Assembly: GCA_046052125.1 (NCBI GenBank)
Contig: JBJOMY010000001.1
Location: forward strand, 384,001 to 448,000
Length of the DNA: 64,000 nucleotides
DNA from: Cyanobacteriota bacterium
GTDB taxonomy: Bacteria > Cyanobacteriota > Cyanobacteriia > PCC-6307 > Cyanobiaceae
Reading direction: 5' to 3'
Shown: one piece after another, positions 38,752 to 49,442 of the stretch
Layout of the letters: each line of letters opens with the position of its first letter
How positions within the stretch are numbered: the stretch's first letter is position 1
Made by a program: the position numbers and the translations under genes
Notes under the pieces: generated by a model
The model's database searches: none
The model's input: only the letters and a program-made list of their open reading frames with translations
What the model was told of the DNA's origin: nothing

Positions 38752-39441
38752 CTACGGGCGAGGCGGCGGACCCATTTCCGTGTAGAGCGCGCGGGCCTGA
38801 TCGAGGGTGAGTTGCAGATCGGCGTCAGCCAGATCCACGGCTTCAGGCCAAGAGGTCTGCAACCAGGAGCGGAAGGCGGCGATGTCGTCGTCGAAGAACC
38901 CGTCCTGAGCAGCCAACACGCGAAATTTCAAAAACTCCAGCAAACGCGGCCGCAGCCGCGCCGGCTGGATCAAGCGGCAGCGGCGTGGGTCCACCCAGAG
39001 GCTGAACCGATCACCAGGCTGAACCGGTCCCAAGGGAGGAGCCAGCAGCTCCAGGAGCCCGGGTGGCTGATGGTGGGCCTGTTTGGTTTCGGGATGGGGG
39101 TAATAAATCAGTGCCGCCACCGGCTCTGCATGGGCCCGATGCGCTTGCAACTGGCATCGCCAGAAGGAGAAGGTTTCCGGCGGATGGCAATCGCTCCAGG
39201 CCAGCCGCTCCACCCGGTGATCCGGATCGCGCAGGCGCCATTCACCAGGACTGAAATCCAGGTTGAGCGTGGCGGACTGAAAGGGGCTGAGATCGATGCC
39301 ATGGGCCGCGAACAGCGGCGCCTGCAAGGCAATGGTGCCGGCGGGATAGGGGCTATCCATGGCACGGCCGGAGGCCACACCATGGCCGCGCAGCAAGCGC
39401 CCGACGCAAGCGTTCTCCTGGGCCAACGCCGGCACGCTCAT
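38752..39441 (-). CDS. Conserved hypothetical protein
   Basis: GHGVASG...SPYP-x-GTI, TLN, ETFSF, IYYPHPETK; ATGA overlap with the upstream gene. Confidence 0.7.
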   Translation of the reverse strand: MSVPALAQENACVGRLLRGHGVASGRAMDSPYPAGTIALQAPLFAAHGIDLSPFQSATLNLDFSPGEWRLRDPDHRVERLAWSDCHPPETFSFWRCQLQAHRAHAEPVAALIYYPHPETKQAHHQPPGLLELLAPPLGPVQPGDRFSLWVDPRRCRLIQPARLRPRLLEFLKFRVLAAQDGFFDDDIAAFRSWLQTSWPEAVDLADADLQLTLDQARALYTEMGPPPRP

Positions 39442-39788
39442 GGCTCTTGCGTTTGCAGGCTGAAGTGGGCGCAGCGCTCACAGGGCCCCTCGGGCAACAC
39501 CGCGCAGCGCAGCAAGGGGCTGCGGGCGTTGAAGCGACAGCTGGGGTCACCGATCACCCAACGGCCCTGCCACCAACGGGCATCGGTTGGCTGCTTCTCC
39601 ACCTTCACCTGCAGCGCGATGGAACTGAGCTCGTAGCGACCACCGCGCAGCTGATAGCGGTGATGGCGCTGCAGCACGAGAAAACTGCGTTCATTCACCA
39701 CGAGCCAGCGGCCGGGCTGGGGGATCTCCTCCAGTTCGAGGCGCTCCAACAGGCGATTGCTCCCGGCCTGACGCAATTCCACGTGCAT
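39438..39788 (-). CDS. DUF6464-type cyanobacterial Cys-rich protein
   Basis: HHRYQL-x-x-GRY, IGDPSCRFNARSPLLRCAV-x-P-x-GPC-x-x-C. Confidence 0.8.
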   Translation of the reverse strand: MHVELRQAGSNRLLERLELEEIPQPGRWLVVNERSFLVLQRHHRYQLRGGRYELSSIALQVKVEKQPTDARWWQGRWVIGDPSCRFNARSPLLRCAVLPEGPCERCAHFSLQTQEP

Positions 39789-39793
39789 GGGCT

Positions 39794-40540
39794 TCAGGGC
39801 GTGATCTCGCCGGGATCAACCGAGGGGTAGCGGCTGGAGAACCCCCAGAGGAACAACAAGCCCACCACCATCAACAACGCCCACTCCGGTGGAACCAGAC
39901 TCGGCAGGGCCAGGCGCAGCAGCAACCTCACCCCCACCAGCCCCACGGCCAGGTAGCCGGCTGTTTCGAGATGCCGAAACACGCCCAGCCAGCGGATGAA
40001 TAGAGCCGAGGTGAGCCGCAGCGCCACCACCCCAATCACCCCGCCCGCCATCACCAGCAGGAGGTTGTCGCTCACCGCAACGGCGGCTGCAACGCTGTCG
40101 AGGGAAAAGGCCAGGTCGGTGAGCGCAAGCGTGCCCACCACCGCCAACAACCCACGGTCGTGATGGGGGGATCCGGGATCTGGAGCGTGATCGGCAGGGG
40201 GCTCGTCGCTAGACCCTGCTGAAGGCAGCAGGTTGGTGACGCAGAGCCAGAGCAGATAAGCGGAGGCCAGCAGTTGCAGCGGCCAGAAATCGAGCACCCA
40301 GCGAGCGACGGCGATCAGCAACAACCGAAACACCAGAGCCAGGCCCAGGCCGAGGTTGAGGGCCTGGGTCTGTTGTCTGGGATCGCGCAGCTGGCGTGAG
40401 ATCGCCGCCAGCGCAATCGCGTTATCGGCGGAGAGCACTGCCTCCAGGGCCACCAGCAGCGGCAGCAGCAACAGCAGCTCTCCCCACTGATCCGCGGACT
40501 GGATCAGTGGGGAGAGTGAGGGAATCGATTCCGCTTCCAT
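39794..40540 (-). CDS. TerC family membrane protein
   Basis: LEAVLSADNA, DLAFSLDSVAAAVA, LETAGY; ATG at 40540. Confidence 0.92.
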   Translation of the reverse strand: MEAESIPSLSPLIQSADQWGELLLLLPLLVALEAVLSADNAIALAAISRQLRDPRQQTQALNLGLGLALVFRLLLIAVARWVLDFWPLQLLASAYLLWLCVTNLLPSAGSSDEPPADHAPDPGSPHHDRGLLAVVGTLALTDLAFSLDSVAAAVAVSDNLLLVMAGGVIGVVALRLTSALFIRWLGVFRHLETAGYLAVGLVGVRLLLRLALPSLVPPEWALLMVVGLLFLWGFSSRYPSVDPGEITP

Positions 40541-40602
40541 CGGGCCGTGCAGCGGATTCCTGAAGCAGGCAGTGTAGAAACGCCGTTCAACCCCTCCACG
40601 CC

Positions 40603-41415
40603 ATGCCGACCACCCCGGTACTGAAGGCGCGGCTGGTGCATGCCGAGCCCGGTCAGCGGGTGGTGGAAGTGAGTGCCTGGCAGGGAGAGCAGTGCCTGGG
40701 CAGTTGCCTGGGGGAGGCAGCCCATGCAGAAGACGCCGAGGAGCGGGCGCAGCAACGCCTTCTGGCACGCCTCAGCAGTACACCTGCGGCGGAACAGCTG
40801 GCCAAGAGCCAGCCTCCGAACGTCCAGCCGCCGAGCCATGCAGCAGCGGCTTCACCGGTCGTGCGCCATCCCGTGGTGCGGCCAACTCCAACGCAGGAGG
40901 AAGCACCGCAGGTGCGCGAGGAACCTGCCATGCCCGAGGGGGCAGAGGGCCAGGCGGATCTTTTTCAGGCATCGGCTCAATCCGCCATCAGTGAGTCCGT
41001 TGAGCCTCCTGCCGATCCCGAGGATTGGAGCGATGAACTGGCTGAGCTGGATGTGCAGCTGCAGCGGATCGGCTGGGATCGCAGCCAAGAAGGGGTGTAT
41101 CTCCAGCGGGCCTTTGGCCATCCGAGCCGCAACCGCCTCACCGCCTACGCCGATCTGGTGGGCTACCTGCGCTGCCTGCGCAACCTGCCGTCCGGCGTGG
41201 ATGCCAACAACGCCCCCGTGCCGCTGCGGCGGAAAGATCTCCTGGAGCAAAGCGATCAGCTGCTGCAATCGCTGCAGTGGGATGCCAACCAGGGGCGTCA
41301 ACTGCTGGAGCAGCAGTTCCAACTGAGCAGCCGCCAGCAACTGAGTGATGAACAGCTGCTGCAGTTCAACATGCTTCTAGAAGAGTCGCTGCTGCAAGCC
41401 AGGCAAACGGCCTGA
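40603..41415 (+). CDS. Conserved hypothetical protein
   Basis: N-terminal domain, Pro/Ala linker, two C-terminal W...SR-x-x-L repeats. Confidence 0.7.
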   Translation: MPTTPVLKARLVHAEPGQRVVEVSAWQGEQCLGSCLGEAAHAEDAEERAQQRLLARLSSTPAAEQLAKSQPPNVQPPSHAAAASPVVRHPVVRPTPTQEEAPQVREEPAMPEGAEGQADLFQASAQSAISESVEPPADPEDWSDELAELDVQLQRIGWDRSQEGVYLQRAFGHPSRNRLTAYADLVGYLRCLRNLPSGVDANNAPVPLRRKDLLEQSDQLLQSLQWDANQGRQLLEQQFQLSSRQQLSDEQLLQFNMLLEESLLQARQTA

Positions 41416-41435
41416 TCAACCCTGTGCTTGCGGCA

Positions 41436-42143
41436 TCAAGCCGAACAATGGGCGGCGAGCAACTGCGCCCCCAGCTCGAGCCGATCCTGATTGGCATAGG
41501 CCTCCGCTTCCAAGGCCTGCTGATGGGGTGTGGCGTTGGCGTAGAGGGGCTCAGCCAGATGCCGTGCCGCTGAGGCATTCAGCCGCTGGCTCAAACCCAG
41601 CAACTGAGGGCGTTCCTGAAACCAGCCGCGGCCCCGGCAGCTCTGGGCCACATGGATGGCTTCGTGATTCAGCACCCGCGCGAATTCGCGGCTGCCCTTG
41701 GCGGGAAGATCAGGCCGAATCCGCAGCACCCTGCGCTGGGGATCCCACTCGCCCGCCGCACCATGCAGACGCGGTTGCCCCAGGGCAACGCTCACCCCGG
41801 TGCGACGCAGGGCGTGGAGCAGCGATCGGACCACCATTCGCTCCTGATCAAAGCGGGGGGGATCGCGCAACAACTGCTTCACCTGATCCACGCTCAGGGG
41901 CGGATCGCCCGTCTGACGTTTGTAGATGTAACGCGAGCCCACCCCCGGGATCAGCTCCACCCTGGGAATCCAGGTGGCATCAGCAGCGCTGAGCTGCGCC
42001 ATCAGGCCTGGTTCCTGCGCAGCAGTCAGTAAAAAGTCGTTCGGTCCAAGCGCCGGAGCGCGCTGCCCTTGCCGCGCCACAGCAGCCAGGCCCGCTGCGA
42101 GCAGAGCCAGCAGCAACACCAACGTGAGCGGCCTGCGTGCCAT
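41436..42143 (-). CDS. Exported HExxH zincin-like protein
   Basis: Signal peptide; LNHEAIHVAQSC and a downstream LEAEAY. Confidence 0.65.
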   Translation of the reverse strand: MARRPLTLVLLLALLAAGLAAVARQGQRAPALGPNDFLLTAAQEPGLMAQLSAADATWIPRVELIPGVGSRYIYKRQTGDPPLSVDQVKQLLRDPPRFDQERMVVRSLLHALRRTGVSVALGQPRLHGAAGEWDPQRRVLRIRPDLPAKGSREFARVLNHEAIHVAQSCRGRGWFQERPQLLGLSQRLNASAARHLAEPLYANATPHQQALEAEAYANQDRLELGAQLLAAHCSA

Positions 42144-42212
42144 CGCTCAATTCTGGCGAGGCCACTCCGGTGTTGAGCTTGCGAGGATGGGCCGCTGTGC
42201 CAAACGAGCTCC

Positions 42213-45200
42213 ATGCCCCTCACCGCCCTGGTGCGCCAGCTGCAGCAGGCTTCGCTCACCAGCGAGGTGCTGCAGCGCTGCCAGCGTCCGGAGCGGTTGC
42301 GATTGAGTGGCGCAGGGCGCGGGGCCCGGGCCCTGGTGAGCAGTGCCCTGGCTGCAGCAGCCGGTGCACCACTGCTGGTGGTGGTGCCCACCCTGGAGGA
42401 GGCAGGCCGCTGGGCCGCTCTACTCGAGTTGATGGGCTGGAGCAGCGCTCAGCTGTATCCCACCAGCGAGGGCAGCCCCTACGAACCCTTTGATCCCACC
42501 AGCGAGATCACCTGGGGCCAGCTGCAGGTGCTCAGCGAATTGCTGGATCTGCCGAGCGATGGCGATGGCACTAGCCAGCGCCTGGCGATCGTGGCCACGG
42601 AGCGGGCGCTGCAACCCCACCTACCGCCGCCACCGGCCCTGAAGGCCCAATGCCAGAGCTTGCGCAAGGGCGACACGATCGATCTCGAGCAGCTGGGCGA
42701 GACCCTCACGCGCCTGGGCTACGAGCGCGTGTCGGCAATCGAGCAGGAGGGCAGCTGGAGTCGCCGCGGCGACATCGTGGATGTGTTCCCGGTGAGCGCC
42801 GAGCTGCCGGTGCGTCTGGAATTTTTTGGGGAGGAGCTGGAGAAGCTGCGGGAATTTGATCCCGCCAGCCAGCGCTCCCTCGACCCGATTGAGGTGGTGC
42901 GGCTCACCCCAAGCGGTTACGGGCCGCTGATCGCGGCAGCGCTGCGCGACGAGATGCCCGATGGGCTCGATCAGCTGCTGAGCCCGGAAGCGCTCGAGCA
43001 ATTGCTGGAAGGGGGCACACCAGAAGGCATGCGGCGGCTGATGGGCTTGGCCTGGAATGAGCCGGCCTCACTACTCAGCTACCTCCCTGCCAACACCCTG
43101 ATCGCCGTGGATGAACGGCGCCATTGCCTGGCCCACGGCCAGCAGTGGTTCGATCACGCCAGCGACCACCACAGCGAAGTGAGCGCCGAGCTGGGGGTAG
43201 AGCTGCCGGCGGTGCTGCATCGCCCGCCCGAGCAAGCCCTCGCCAGCACCGACGCCTTCGCCGGTTTCGACCTCGCCGAGCTGCATGAAAGCGACAGCCA
43301 CGGCAACAGCTTTGATCTGGCCAGCCGGCCCGTGCCGGCCTATCCGAACCAGTTCGGCAAGCTCGCTGAGCTGATCAAGGGCTTCCAACGCGAGAAGGCC
43401 AAGGTGTGGCTGCTCTCAGCCCAGCCCACCCGGGCGGTGGCGCTGCTGGAGGAACACGACTGCATCAGCCGCTTTGTGCCCAACCCGGGTGACATCGCCT
43501 CGATCGAGCGGCTGATCGAGCAGAACACGCCCGTGGCCCTCAAAACCAAGGGAACCGCCGAGCTCGAGGGATTGCAGTTGCCGGCCTGGAAGCTGGCGCT
43601 GATCACCGACCGGGAATTCTTCGGCCAGCAATCACTCACGGCTACGGGGTACGTGCGCCGGCGCCGCAAGGCCGCCAGCCGCACGGTGGATCCCAACAAG
43701 ATGCGCCCCGGCGATTTCGTGGTGCACCGCAACCACGGCATCGGCAAGTTCCTCAAACTCGAGAAGCTGGCGATCAGCGGTGAATCGCGCGACTACCTGG
43801 TGGTGCAGTACGCCGATGGTCTGCTGCGGGTGGCTGCCGATCAGCTGGGCAGCCTCGGCCGCTACCGCGCCACCACCGAGCAGCCGCCCGATCTCAACCG
43901 CATGGGCGGCACCGCCTGGAGCAAGGCCAAGGAGCGGGCCCGAAAGGCCGTGCGCAAGGTGGCGCTCGATCTTGTGAAGCTCTACGCCGAGCGCCATCAA
44001 GCCGCAGGCTTCTGCTTCCCCGCCGATGGCCCCTGGCAAAGCGAACTGGAGGAGTCGTTCCCCTACGAACCCACGCCTGATCAGATCAAGGCGATCGCCG
44101 ATGTGAAGCGCGACATGGAGAAGCCCCAGCCGATGGACCGGCTGGTGTGCGGCGATGTGGGCTTCGGCAAAACCGAAGTGGCGATCCGCGCCATCTTCAA
44201 GGCCGTTACCGCTGGCAAGCAGGTGGCGATGCTCGCGCCCACCACGGTGTTGGCACAGCAGCACTGGCGCTCGCTCTCAGAGCGCTTTGCGCCCTATCCG
44301 ATCAAGGTGAGCCTGCTCAACCGCTTCCGCACCGCCGGCGAACGCAAGGCGATCCAGGAGGGCCTGGTGGAAGGCACCGTGGATGTGGTGGTGGGCACCC
44401 ACCAACTGCTCGGCAAGAGCACCACGTTCAAAGAGCTGGGCCTGCTGGTGGTGGATGAAGAGCAGCGTTTCGGGGTGAACCAGAAGGAAAAGATCAAGGC
44501 CCTGCGCAAAGACGTCGACGTGTTGACGCTCTCGGCAACGCCGATCCCACGCACCCTCTACATGAGCCTCTCGGGTGTGCGTGAGATGAGCCTGATCACC
44601 ACGCCGCCGCCGCTGCGCCGTCCGATCAAAACTCACCTCGCCGCCCTCGACGAGGAAGCGGTGCGCAGTGCCATTCGCCAGGAACTCGATCGCGGCGGCC
44701 AGATCTTCTACGTGGTGCCGCGGGTCGAGGGCATTGAAGAAGTGGCCGAGCGGTTGCGGCTGATGATCCCGGGCCTGCGGCTGCTGGTGGCCCATGGCCA
44801 GATGGCCGAGGGCGAGCTGGAGAGCGCCATGGTGGCCTTCAACGCCGGCGAAGCCGATCTGATGCTCTGCACCACGATCGTGGAGAGCGGCCTCGACATC
44901 CCGCGCGTCAACACGATCCTGATCGAGGACGCCCAGAAATTCGGCCTGGCCCAGCTGTATCAACTGCGGGGCCGCGTGGGCCGCAGCGGCATCCAGGCCC
45001 ATGCCTGGCTGTTCTATCCCGGTGATGCCTCCTTGAGCGAGGCGGCCCGGCAACGGCTGCGGGCGATTCAGGAGTTCGCGCAACTCGGCAGCGGCTACCA
45101 GCTCGCCATGCGCGACATGGAGATTCGGGGTGTGGGCAACTTGCTGGGGGTGGAGCAGAGCGGTCAGATGGAAACCATCGGCTTCGACCTCTACATGGAG

Positions 45201-45785
45201 ATGCTCCAGGAATCACTCGCCGAGATCCAGGGTCAGGACATCCCAGCGGTGGACGACACCCAGATCGATCTACCGATCACCGCCTTCATCCCCGGCGACT
45301 GGATCGCCGACAACGACGAGAAGATGGCCGCATACCGCGCCGCGGCCGACTGCAACAGCCCGGATGCGCTGCTGCAGCTCGCCACCGACTGGGTGGATCG
45401 CTACGGCGCCATCCCCGCACCGGTGATCTCTCTGCTGCAACTGATGGAGCTGAAGCTGCTGGCCAAGCGCTGCGGCTTCTCGCGCATCAAACCGGAGAAA
45501 CCCAACATCGCCCTGGAAACGCCGATGGAGGAGCCCGCCTTCCGGCTGCTGCGACAGGGCCTGCCGCAGCACCTGCACGGCCGACTGGTGTTCCAGGCCG
45601 GCTCGGGCACCACCTCAAAAGTGCTGGCGCGGGGCCTCGGCGTGCTGCCGATGGAGAAGCAGGTGGAGGAGCTGATGACCTGGCTCAAGCAAATGGCGGA
45701 GCAAATCCCGGGTGCCGATGGCCTCACGGATGCCCAGCGCGCCGAGCAACTCAAGGCCAAGAACGAGGCTGTTCTGGCGCTCTGA
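42213..45785 (+). CDS. mfd: Transcription-repair coupling factor
   Basis: [10 protein letters not shown], CarD-like [48 protein letters not shown]. Confidence 0.98.
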   Translation: MPLTALVRQLQQASLTSEVLQRCQRPERLRLSGAGRGARALVSSALAAAAGAPLLVVVPTLEEAGRWAALLELMGWSSAQLYPTSEGSPYEPFDPTSEITWGQLQVLSELLDLPSDGDGTSQRLAIVATERALQPHLPPPPALKAQCQSLRKGDTIDLEQLGETLTRLGYERVSAIEQEGSWSRRGDIVDVFPVSAELPVRLEFFGEELEKLREFDPASQRSLDPIEVVRLTPSGYGPLIAAALRDEMPDGLDQLLSPEALEQLLEGGTPEGMRRLMGLAWNEPASLLSYLPANTLIAVDERRHCLAHGQQWFDHASDHHSEVSAELGVELPAVLHRPPEQALASTDAFAGFDLAELHESDSHGNSFDLASRPVPAYPNQFGKLAELIKGFQREKAKVWLLSAQPTRAVALLEEHDCISRFVPNPGDIASIERLIEQNTPVALKTKGTAELEGLQLPAWKLALITDREFFGQQSLTATGYVRRRRKAASRTVDPNKMRPGDFVVHRNHGIGKFLKLEKLAISGESRDYLVVQYADGLLRVAADQLGSLGRYRATTEQPPDLNRMGGTAWSKAKERARKAVRKVALDLVKLYAERHQAAGFCFPADGPWQSELEESFPYEPTPDQIKAIADVKRDMEKPQPMDRLVCGDVGFGKTEVAIRAIFKAVTAGKQVAMLAPTTVLAQQHWRSLSERFAPYPIKVSLLNRFRTAGERKAIQEGLVEGTVDVVVGTHQLLGKSTTFKELGLLVVDEEQRFGVNQKEKIKALRKDVDVLTLSATPIPRTLYMSLSGVREMSLITTPPPLRRPIKTHLAALDEEAVRSAIRQELDRGGQIFYVVPRVEGIEEVAERLRLMIPGLRLLVAHGQMAEGELESAMVAFNAGEADLMLCTTIVESGLDIPRVNTILIEDAQKFGLAQLYQLRGRVGRSGIQAHAWLFYPGDASLSEAARQRLRAIQEFAQLGSGYQLAMRDMEIRGVGNLLGVEQSGQMETIGFDLYMEMLQESLAEIQGQDIPAVDDTQIDLPITAFIPGDWIADNDEKMAAYRAAADCNSPDALLQLATDWVDRYGAIPAPVISLLQLMELKLLAKRCGFSRIKPEKPNIALETPMEEPAFRLLRQGLPQHLHGRLVFQAGSGTTSKVLARGLGVLPMEKQVEELMTWLKQMAEQIPGADGLTDAQRAEQLKAKNEAVLAL

Positions 45786-45878
45786 GCCCTGAATGCGGCC
45801 CAACGCAAGCCAGGGAGAGCGCTCTCTCAGACGCGCAAAAGTCCGTTACAATTGTGAGAACTTCTGTAACGGGCTCTC

Positions 45879-46070
45879 ATGGGCGCTGGGCTGGGCGAGG
45901 TGATCGATCTGGGCACAGGCTTCGGTGGCGGTGGGCTCAGCCTGATCTCCTCCCTGGTGGGCCTGCTTGCCCTGGGTGTTTACGCGCTGCTTCAGGGCGA
46001 CACCGGCAACGACGACGACGACTCCACCCCAGGTGGTGGCTTGATGCAGCCCGTGGGCGGGGCCGCCTGA
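45879..46070 (+). CDS. Small membrane protein with DDDD...GGGLMQP tail
   Basis: 63 aa, one TM helix followed by NDDDDSTPGGGLMQPV; fills the gap between mfd and the convergent protease gene. Confidence 0.7.
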   Translation: MGAGLGEVIDLGTGFGGGGLSLISSLVGLLALGVYALLQGDTGNDDDDSTPGGGLMQPVGGAA

Positions 46071-46072
46071 GC

Positions 46073-47437
46073 TCAGCGGCTTGAGCCGGCCCCGCTCAGG
46101 GCCGCCGGCACATTGGCGCTTGAAGGGTTGTACAGCCGTGCCTTAGTGACGCCGTTGCTGCTCTTCACCTGCTTCAACAGGGTTGATTCAGCCACGCGGT
46201 ATTGGCTGTCCTTGCTGGAGCCAAGATCCTCCAGCCGTAGCTTCTGAGCCTCGGCTGGTGTGAGCTTCGAGCGCACATCCGGATCAATGCCGTGTTTGTG
46301 GATATCGCGGCCATTGGGGGTGAGGTATTTGGCGATGGTCACGGTCATGCCAGAGCCATCAGAAAGCCCCCGAACCGACTGAACCAACCCTTTTCCAAAG
46401 GTGGTCTCACCCACCACCACGGCACGATGATTGTCCTGCAAGGCGCCAGAGAGGATCTCACTGGCACTGGCTGAGCCGCCGTTCACCAGCACGACCAGCG
46501 GACGCTGCGTGAGTGCCCGGCCATTGGCCCGCTTCACATCCTGGATGCCTTCGCGGGTCTTGGTTGAAACAATCACACCCTCATCCATCCATTGGCGGGC
46601 AATGGTGACGCTGGCCATCAACAATCCACCCGGATTGCTGCGCAGGTCGAGAACGTAACCCTGCACGTTTTGGGCCTCAAGCTTCTTCAGCGCTTCCGCC
46701 ATGTCTTGAGCGGCATTGGCGTTGAACTGCTTCAGGCGGATGTAACCGACCTTGGTGCCGTCAGCGCTGGTGTTCACCTGGCTGTCCACCGCGTGCAGCT
46801 CGATGCGAGCGCGCACCAGTGGGGCTTCCACCAGCTTGCCGTCGCGGCGCAATTGCAGGTTCACCGTGGTGCCGGCCTGGCCGCGGATCAGCTTCACCGC
46901 GTCCTCGGTCGACATACCTTTGGTGCTCTTGCCGTCGATCGAAACGATCACATCCTTCGGCATCACACCAGCCCGTGAAGCCGGCGAGCCTTCGATCGGG
47001 CTCACCACCACCAACTCCTTGGTGTCCTTATCCAGGCTCAGCTGAATCCCAACCCCCGAGAGTTCCCCGGAGGTATCGATCTGCATCTCCTTGAACTCAC
47101 GCGGATCGAGGAATCGCGTGTAGGGATCATCCAGGCTGGCCAGCATGCCGCGGATCGCTTCGTAGCTCTCCTTGGTGCTGCCATAGGTTTTGGCCAACAC
47201 CTGACGCCGCAGGGTTCGCCACTTCTCCGGCGTGTATTTGCCGTTGATATCGAGATAGTCGCGGAAGACGATCTGCCAGGTCTGATCGATCACCTCCTTC
47301 GGGCTTTCGCTGATCAGCGAAGCCGCACTCGGGGCGAGCAGCGGGGGTAAGGCAATAGCACTAACAGCGCCGACACCCACCAGCAGCAACAGTCTCGATC
47401 CGCTCAACGCACCCCGAGTATCACCACGGCTGCCCAT
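46073..47437 (-). CDS. Carboxyl-terminal processing protease (S41, Ctp family)
   Basis: Signal peptide, LDDPYTRF, PDZ domain, LDLRSNPGG, SASASEI, TFGKGLVQ. Confidence 0.95.
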   Translation of the reverse strand: MGSRGDTRGALSGSRLLLLVGVGAVSAIALPPLLAPSAASLISESPKEVIDQTWQIVFRDYLDINGKYTPEKWRTLRRQVLAKTYGSTKESYEAIRGMLASLDDPYTRFLDPREFKEMQIDTSGELSGVGIQLSLDKDTKELVVVSPIEGSPASRAGVMPKDVIVSIDGKSTKGMSTEDAVKLIRGQAGTTVNLQLRRDGKLVEAPLVRARIELHAVDSQVNTSADGTKVGYIRLKQFNANAAQDMAEALKKLEAQNVQGYVLDLRSNPGGLLMASVTIARQWMDEGVIVSTKTREGIQDVKRANGRALTQRPLVVLVNGGSASASEILSGALQDNHRAVVVGETTFGKGLVQSVRGLSDGSGMTVTIAKYLTPNGRDIHKHGIDPDVRSKLTPAEAQKLRLEDLGSSKDSQYRVAESTLLKQVKSSNGVTKARLYNPSSANVPAALSGAGSSR

Positions 47438-47520
47438 TTAGCGAGCTCCTCAGCCCTTGCAGTGAACACAAGCTAGCCCCTGAAACAGGACTGAGGGAGG
47501 AGGGAAAACCGCAGAAACGC

Positions 47521-48747
47521 TCAGGGATCCACCCAGCGCCCGTCGTCCTTGATCAGGGCGATCAGGGCATCCACGCCCTCAGCCTCAGGCACGCGGCGGA
47601 TCTCCTCACGACCGCGGTACAGGGAGATCACGCCTGGGGTTTTGCCCACGTAGCCGTAGTCGGCATCAGCCATCTCGCCAGGGCCATTCACGATGCACCC
47701 CATCACGGCGATGTCGAGACCGGTGAGGTGAGCGGTGGCACTGCGCACCTTGTGGAGCACTTCCTCCAGGTTGAAGAGGGTGCGGCCGCAGCTGGGGCAG
47801 CTCACGTACTCCACCATCGTTTTGCGGAGTCCCAGCGCCTGAAGGATCGCGTAGCAAACCGGGATCTCCTTCTCCGGCGCTTCGGTGAGCGAGACGCGGA
47901 TGGTGTCGCCCAGCCCTTCGCTCAACAGGGTGGCGATGCCTGCGGTGCTCTTGATCCGGCCGTAATCACCATCACCGGCTTCGGTGACCCCTAGGTGCAG
48001 GGGGTAATGGAAGCCTTCGGCATCCATCCGGTCGGCCATCATCCGGTAGGCGGCCAGCATCACCGGCGCCCGCGACGCCTTCATCGAAATCACGATGTTG
48101 TGGAAGTCGAGGCGGTCGCAGATGCGGATGAATTCCAGGGCGCTTTCCACCATTCCCAGGGGCGTGTCGCCGTAACGGAACAGCATCCGCTCGGCCAGAG
48201 AGCCATGGTTCACGCCGATGCGCAGCGCCTTGTCCTGCTCCTTGAGCAGCTTCACCAACGGTTCGAAGGTTTCGGTGATGCGATCGCCGATCGCCGCGAT
48301 CTCCGCATCGGAAAACTCCGTGCGGTTGGGATCGGGCTTATCAAACACAAACAAGCCTGGGTTGATGCGCACCTTGTCCACGTGCTGCGCCACTTCCAGG
48401 GCGATCTTCATGCCGTTGTGGTGCACATCGGCCACCAGCGGCACCGGCTTGTAGGTACTTTCCAGGCGCTGGCGGATCTCACCCATGGCCTTGGCATGGG
48501 CCAGCGACGGCACCGTGACCCGCACGATCTCGCAGCCAGCTTCATGGAGGCGGCGAATCCCGGCGGTGGCACCCTCAATATCCAGGGTGTCTTCGTTGAT
48601 CATCGACTGCACCACCACCGGGTGGTCGCTGCCCATCCAGATGTCGCCCACCCGCACGCTTCGGGTCTTGCGACGCCGGATCACCGTGTCGTAGCGGGAG
48701 TTCAGCGCGTCCTCGGTTGCCGGAGCAGAGGCCAGGGAAGCTGTCAT
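47521..48747 (-). CDS. ispG: (E)-4-hydroxy-3-methylbut-2-enyl-diphosphate synthase
   Basis: [50 protein letters not shown]. Confidence 0.98.
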   Translation of the reverse strand: MTASLASAPATEDALNSRYDTVIRRRKTRSVRVGDIWMGSDHPVVVQSMINEDTLDIEGATAGIRRLHEAGCEIVRVTVPSLAHAKAMGEIRQRLESTYKPVPLVADVHHNGMKIALEVAQHVDKVRINPGLFVFDKPDPNRTEFSDAEIAAIGDRITETFEPLVKLLKEQDKALRIGVNHGSLAERMLFRYGDTPLGMVESALEFIRICDRLDFHNIVISMKASRAPVMLAAYRMMADRMDAEGFHYPLHLGVTEAGDGDYGRIKSTAGIATLLSEGLGDTIRVSLTEAPEKEIPVCYAILQALGLRKTMVEYVSCPSCGRTLFNLEEVLHKVRSATAHLTGLDIAVMGCIVNGPGEMADADYGYVGKTPGVISLYRGREEIRRVPEAEGVDALIALIKDDGRWVDP

Positions 48748-48790
48748 GGCAGCGGCGAGGGCAGGGGCCGAAAGATGTGGCGCAAGCCTG

Positions 48791-49432
48791 TCACAGCGGA
48801 GCGTTCAATTGGGCCAGGCGCCGTTGCACATCCTGCAGGTCGTGCCAAGTGAGCCATTTGGGTGAGCCCCGCTCCTTGGAGGCATTGCGCAACAGATACG
48901 AGGGATGGAAGATCGGCATCAGCCAGCGACCCTCGAGGCTGCCGCCCTCACCGCGGCGCCACTGGCCGCGCAGCTTGGTGATGCCGCCCTTGATGCCTAA
49001 CAGACCTTCCACGGCGGTGGCCCCAGCCAGCAGGATCACGGCTGGATTCACCAGCTGAATCTGCTGATCGAGCCACGGTCTGCAGGCCGCCATCTCCAGA
49101 GCCGTGGGTTTGCGATTCTCCGGCGGCCGGCACTTCACGATGTTGCACACGTAGGCATCGCGGTTGCTGTCGATCCCCACGCTCTCGAGCATCCGATCGA
49201 GCAGTTGGCCGGAGCGCCCCACGAAGGGCTTGCCCTGCTCGTCCTCCTGAGCACCCGGGCCTTCACCGAGCACCATCAGAGGAGCCTTTGGGTTGCCGCG
49301 GCTCACCACCACGTTGAGGCGGGTAGCGCCGAGACCACACCGCCTGCAGCCGTCACAGGCCTCGGCCAAGCCAACCAACTCCTGCTCCAGATCAGGCGCA
49401 GCAGCGCTGGGGATGGAAGGAAGCAAGCTCAT
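48791..49432 (-). CDS. Family-4 uracil-DNA glycosylase (Fe-S)
   Basis: C-x-x-C-x-[31 protein letters not shown] at 49432. Confidence 0.93.
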   Translation of the reverse strand: MSLLPSIPSAAAPDLEQELVGLAEACDGCRRCGLGATRLNVVVSRGNPKAPLMVLGEGPGAQEDEQGKPFVGRSGQLLDRMLESVGIDSNRDAYVCNIVKCRPPENRKPTALEMAACRPWLDQQIQLVNPAVILLAGATAVEGLLGIKGGITKLRGQWRRGEGGSLEGRWLMPIFHPSYLLRNASKERGSPKWLTWHDLQDVQRRLAQLNAPL

Positions 49433-49442
49433 GGCGGCGACT

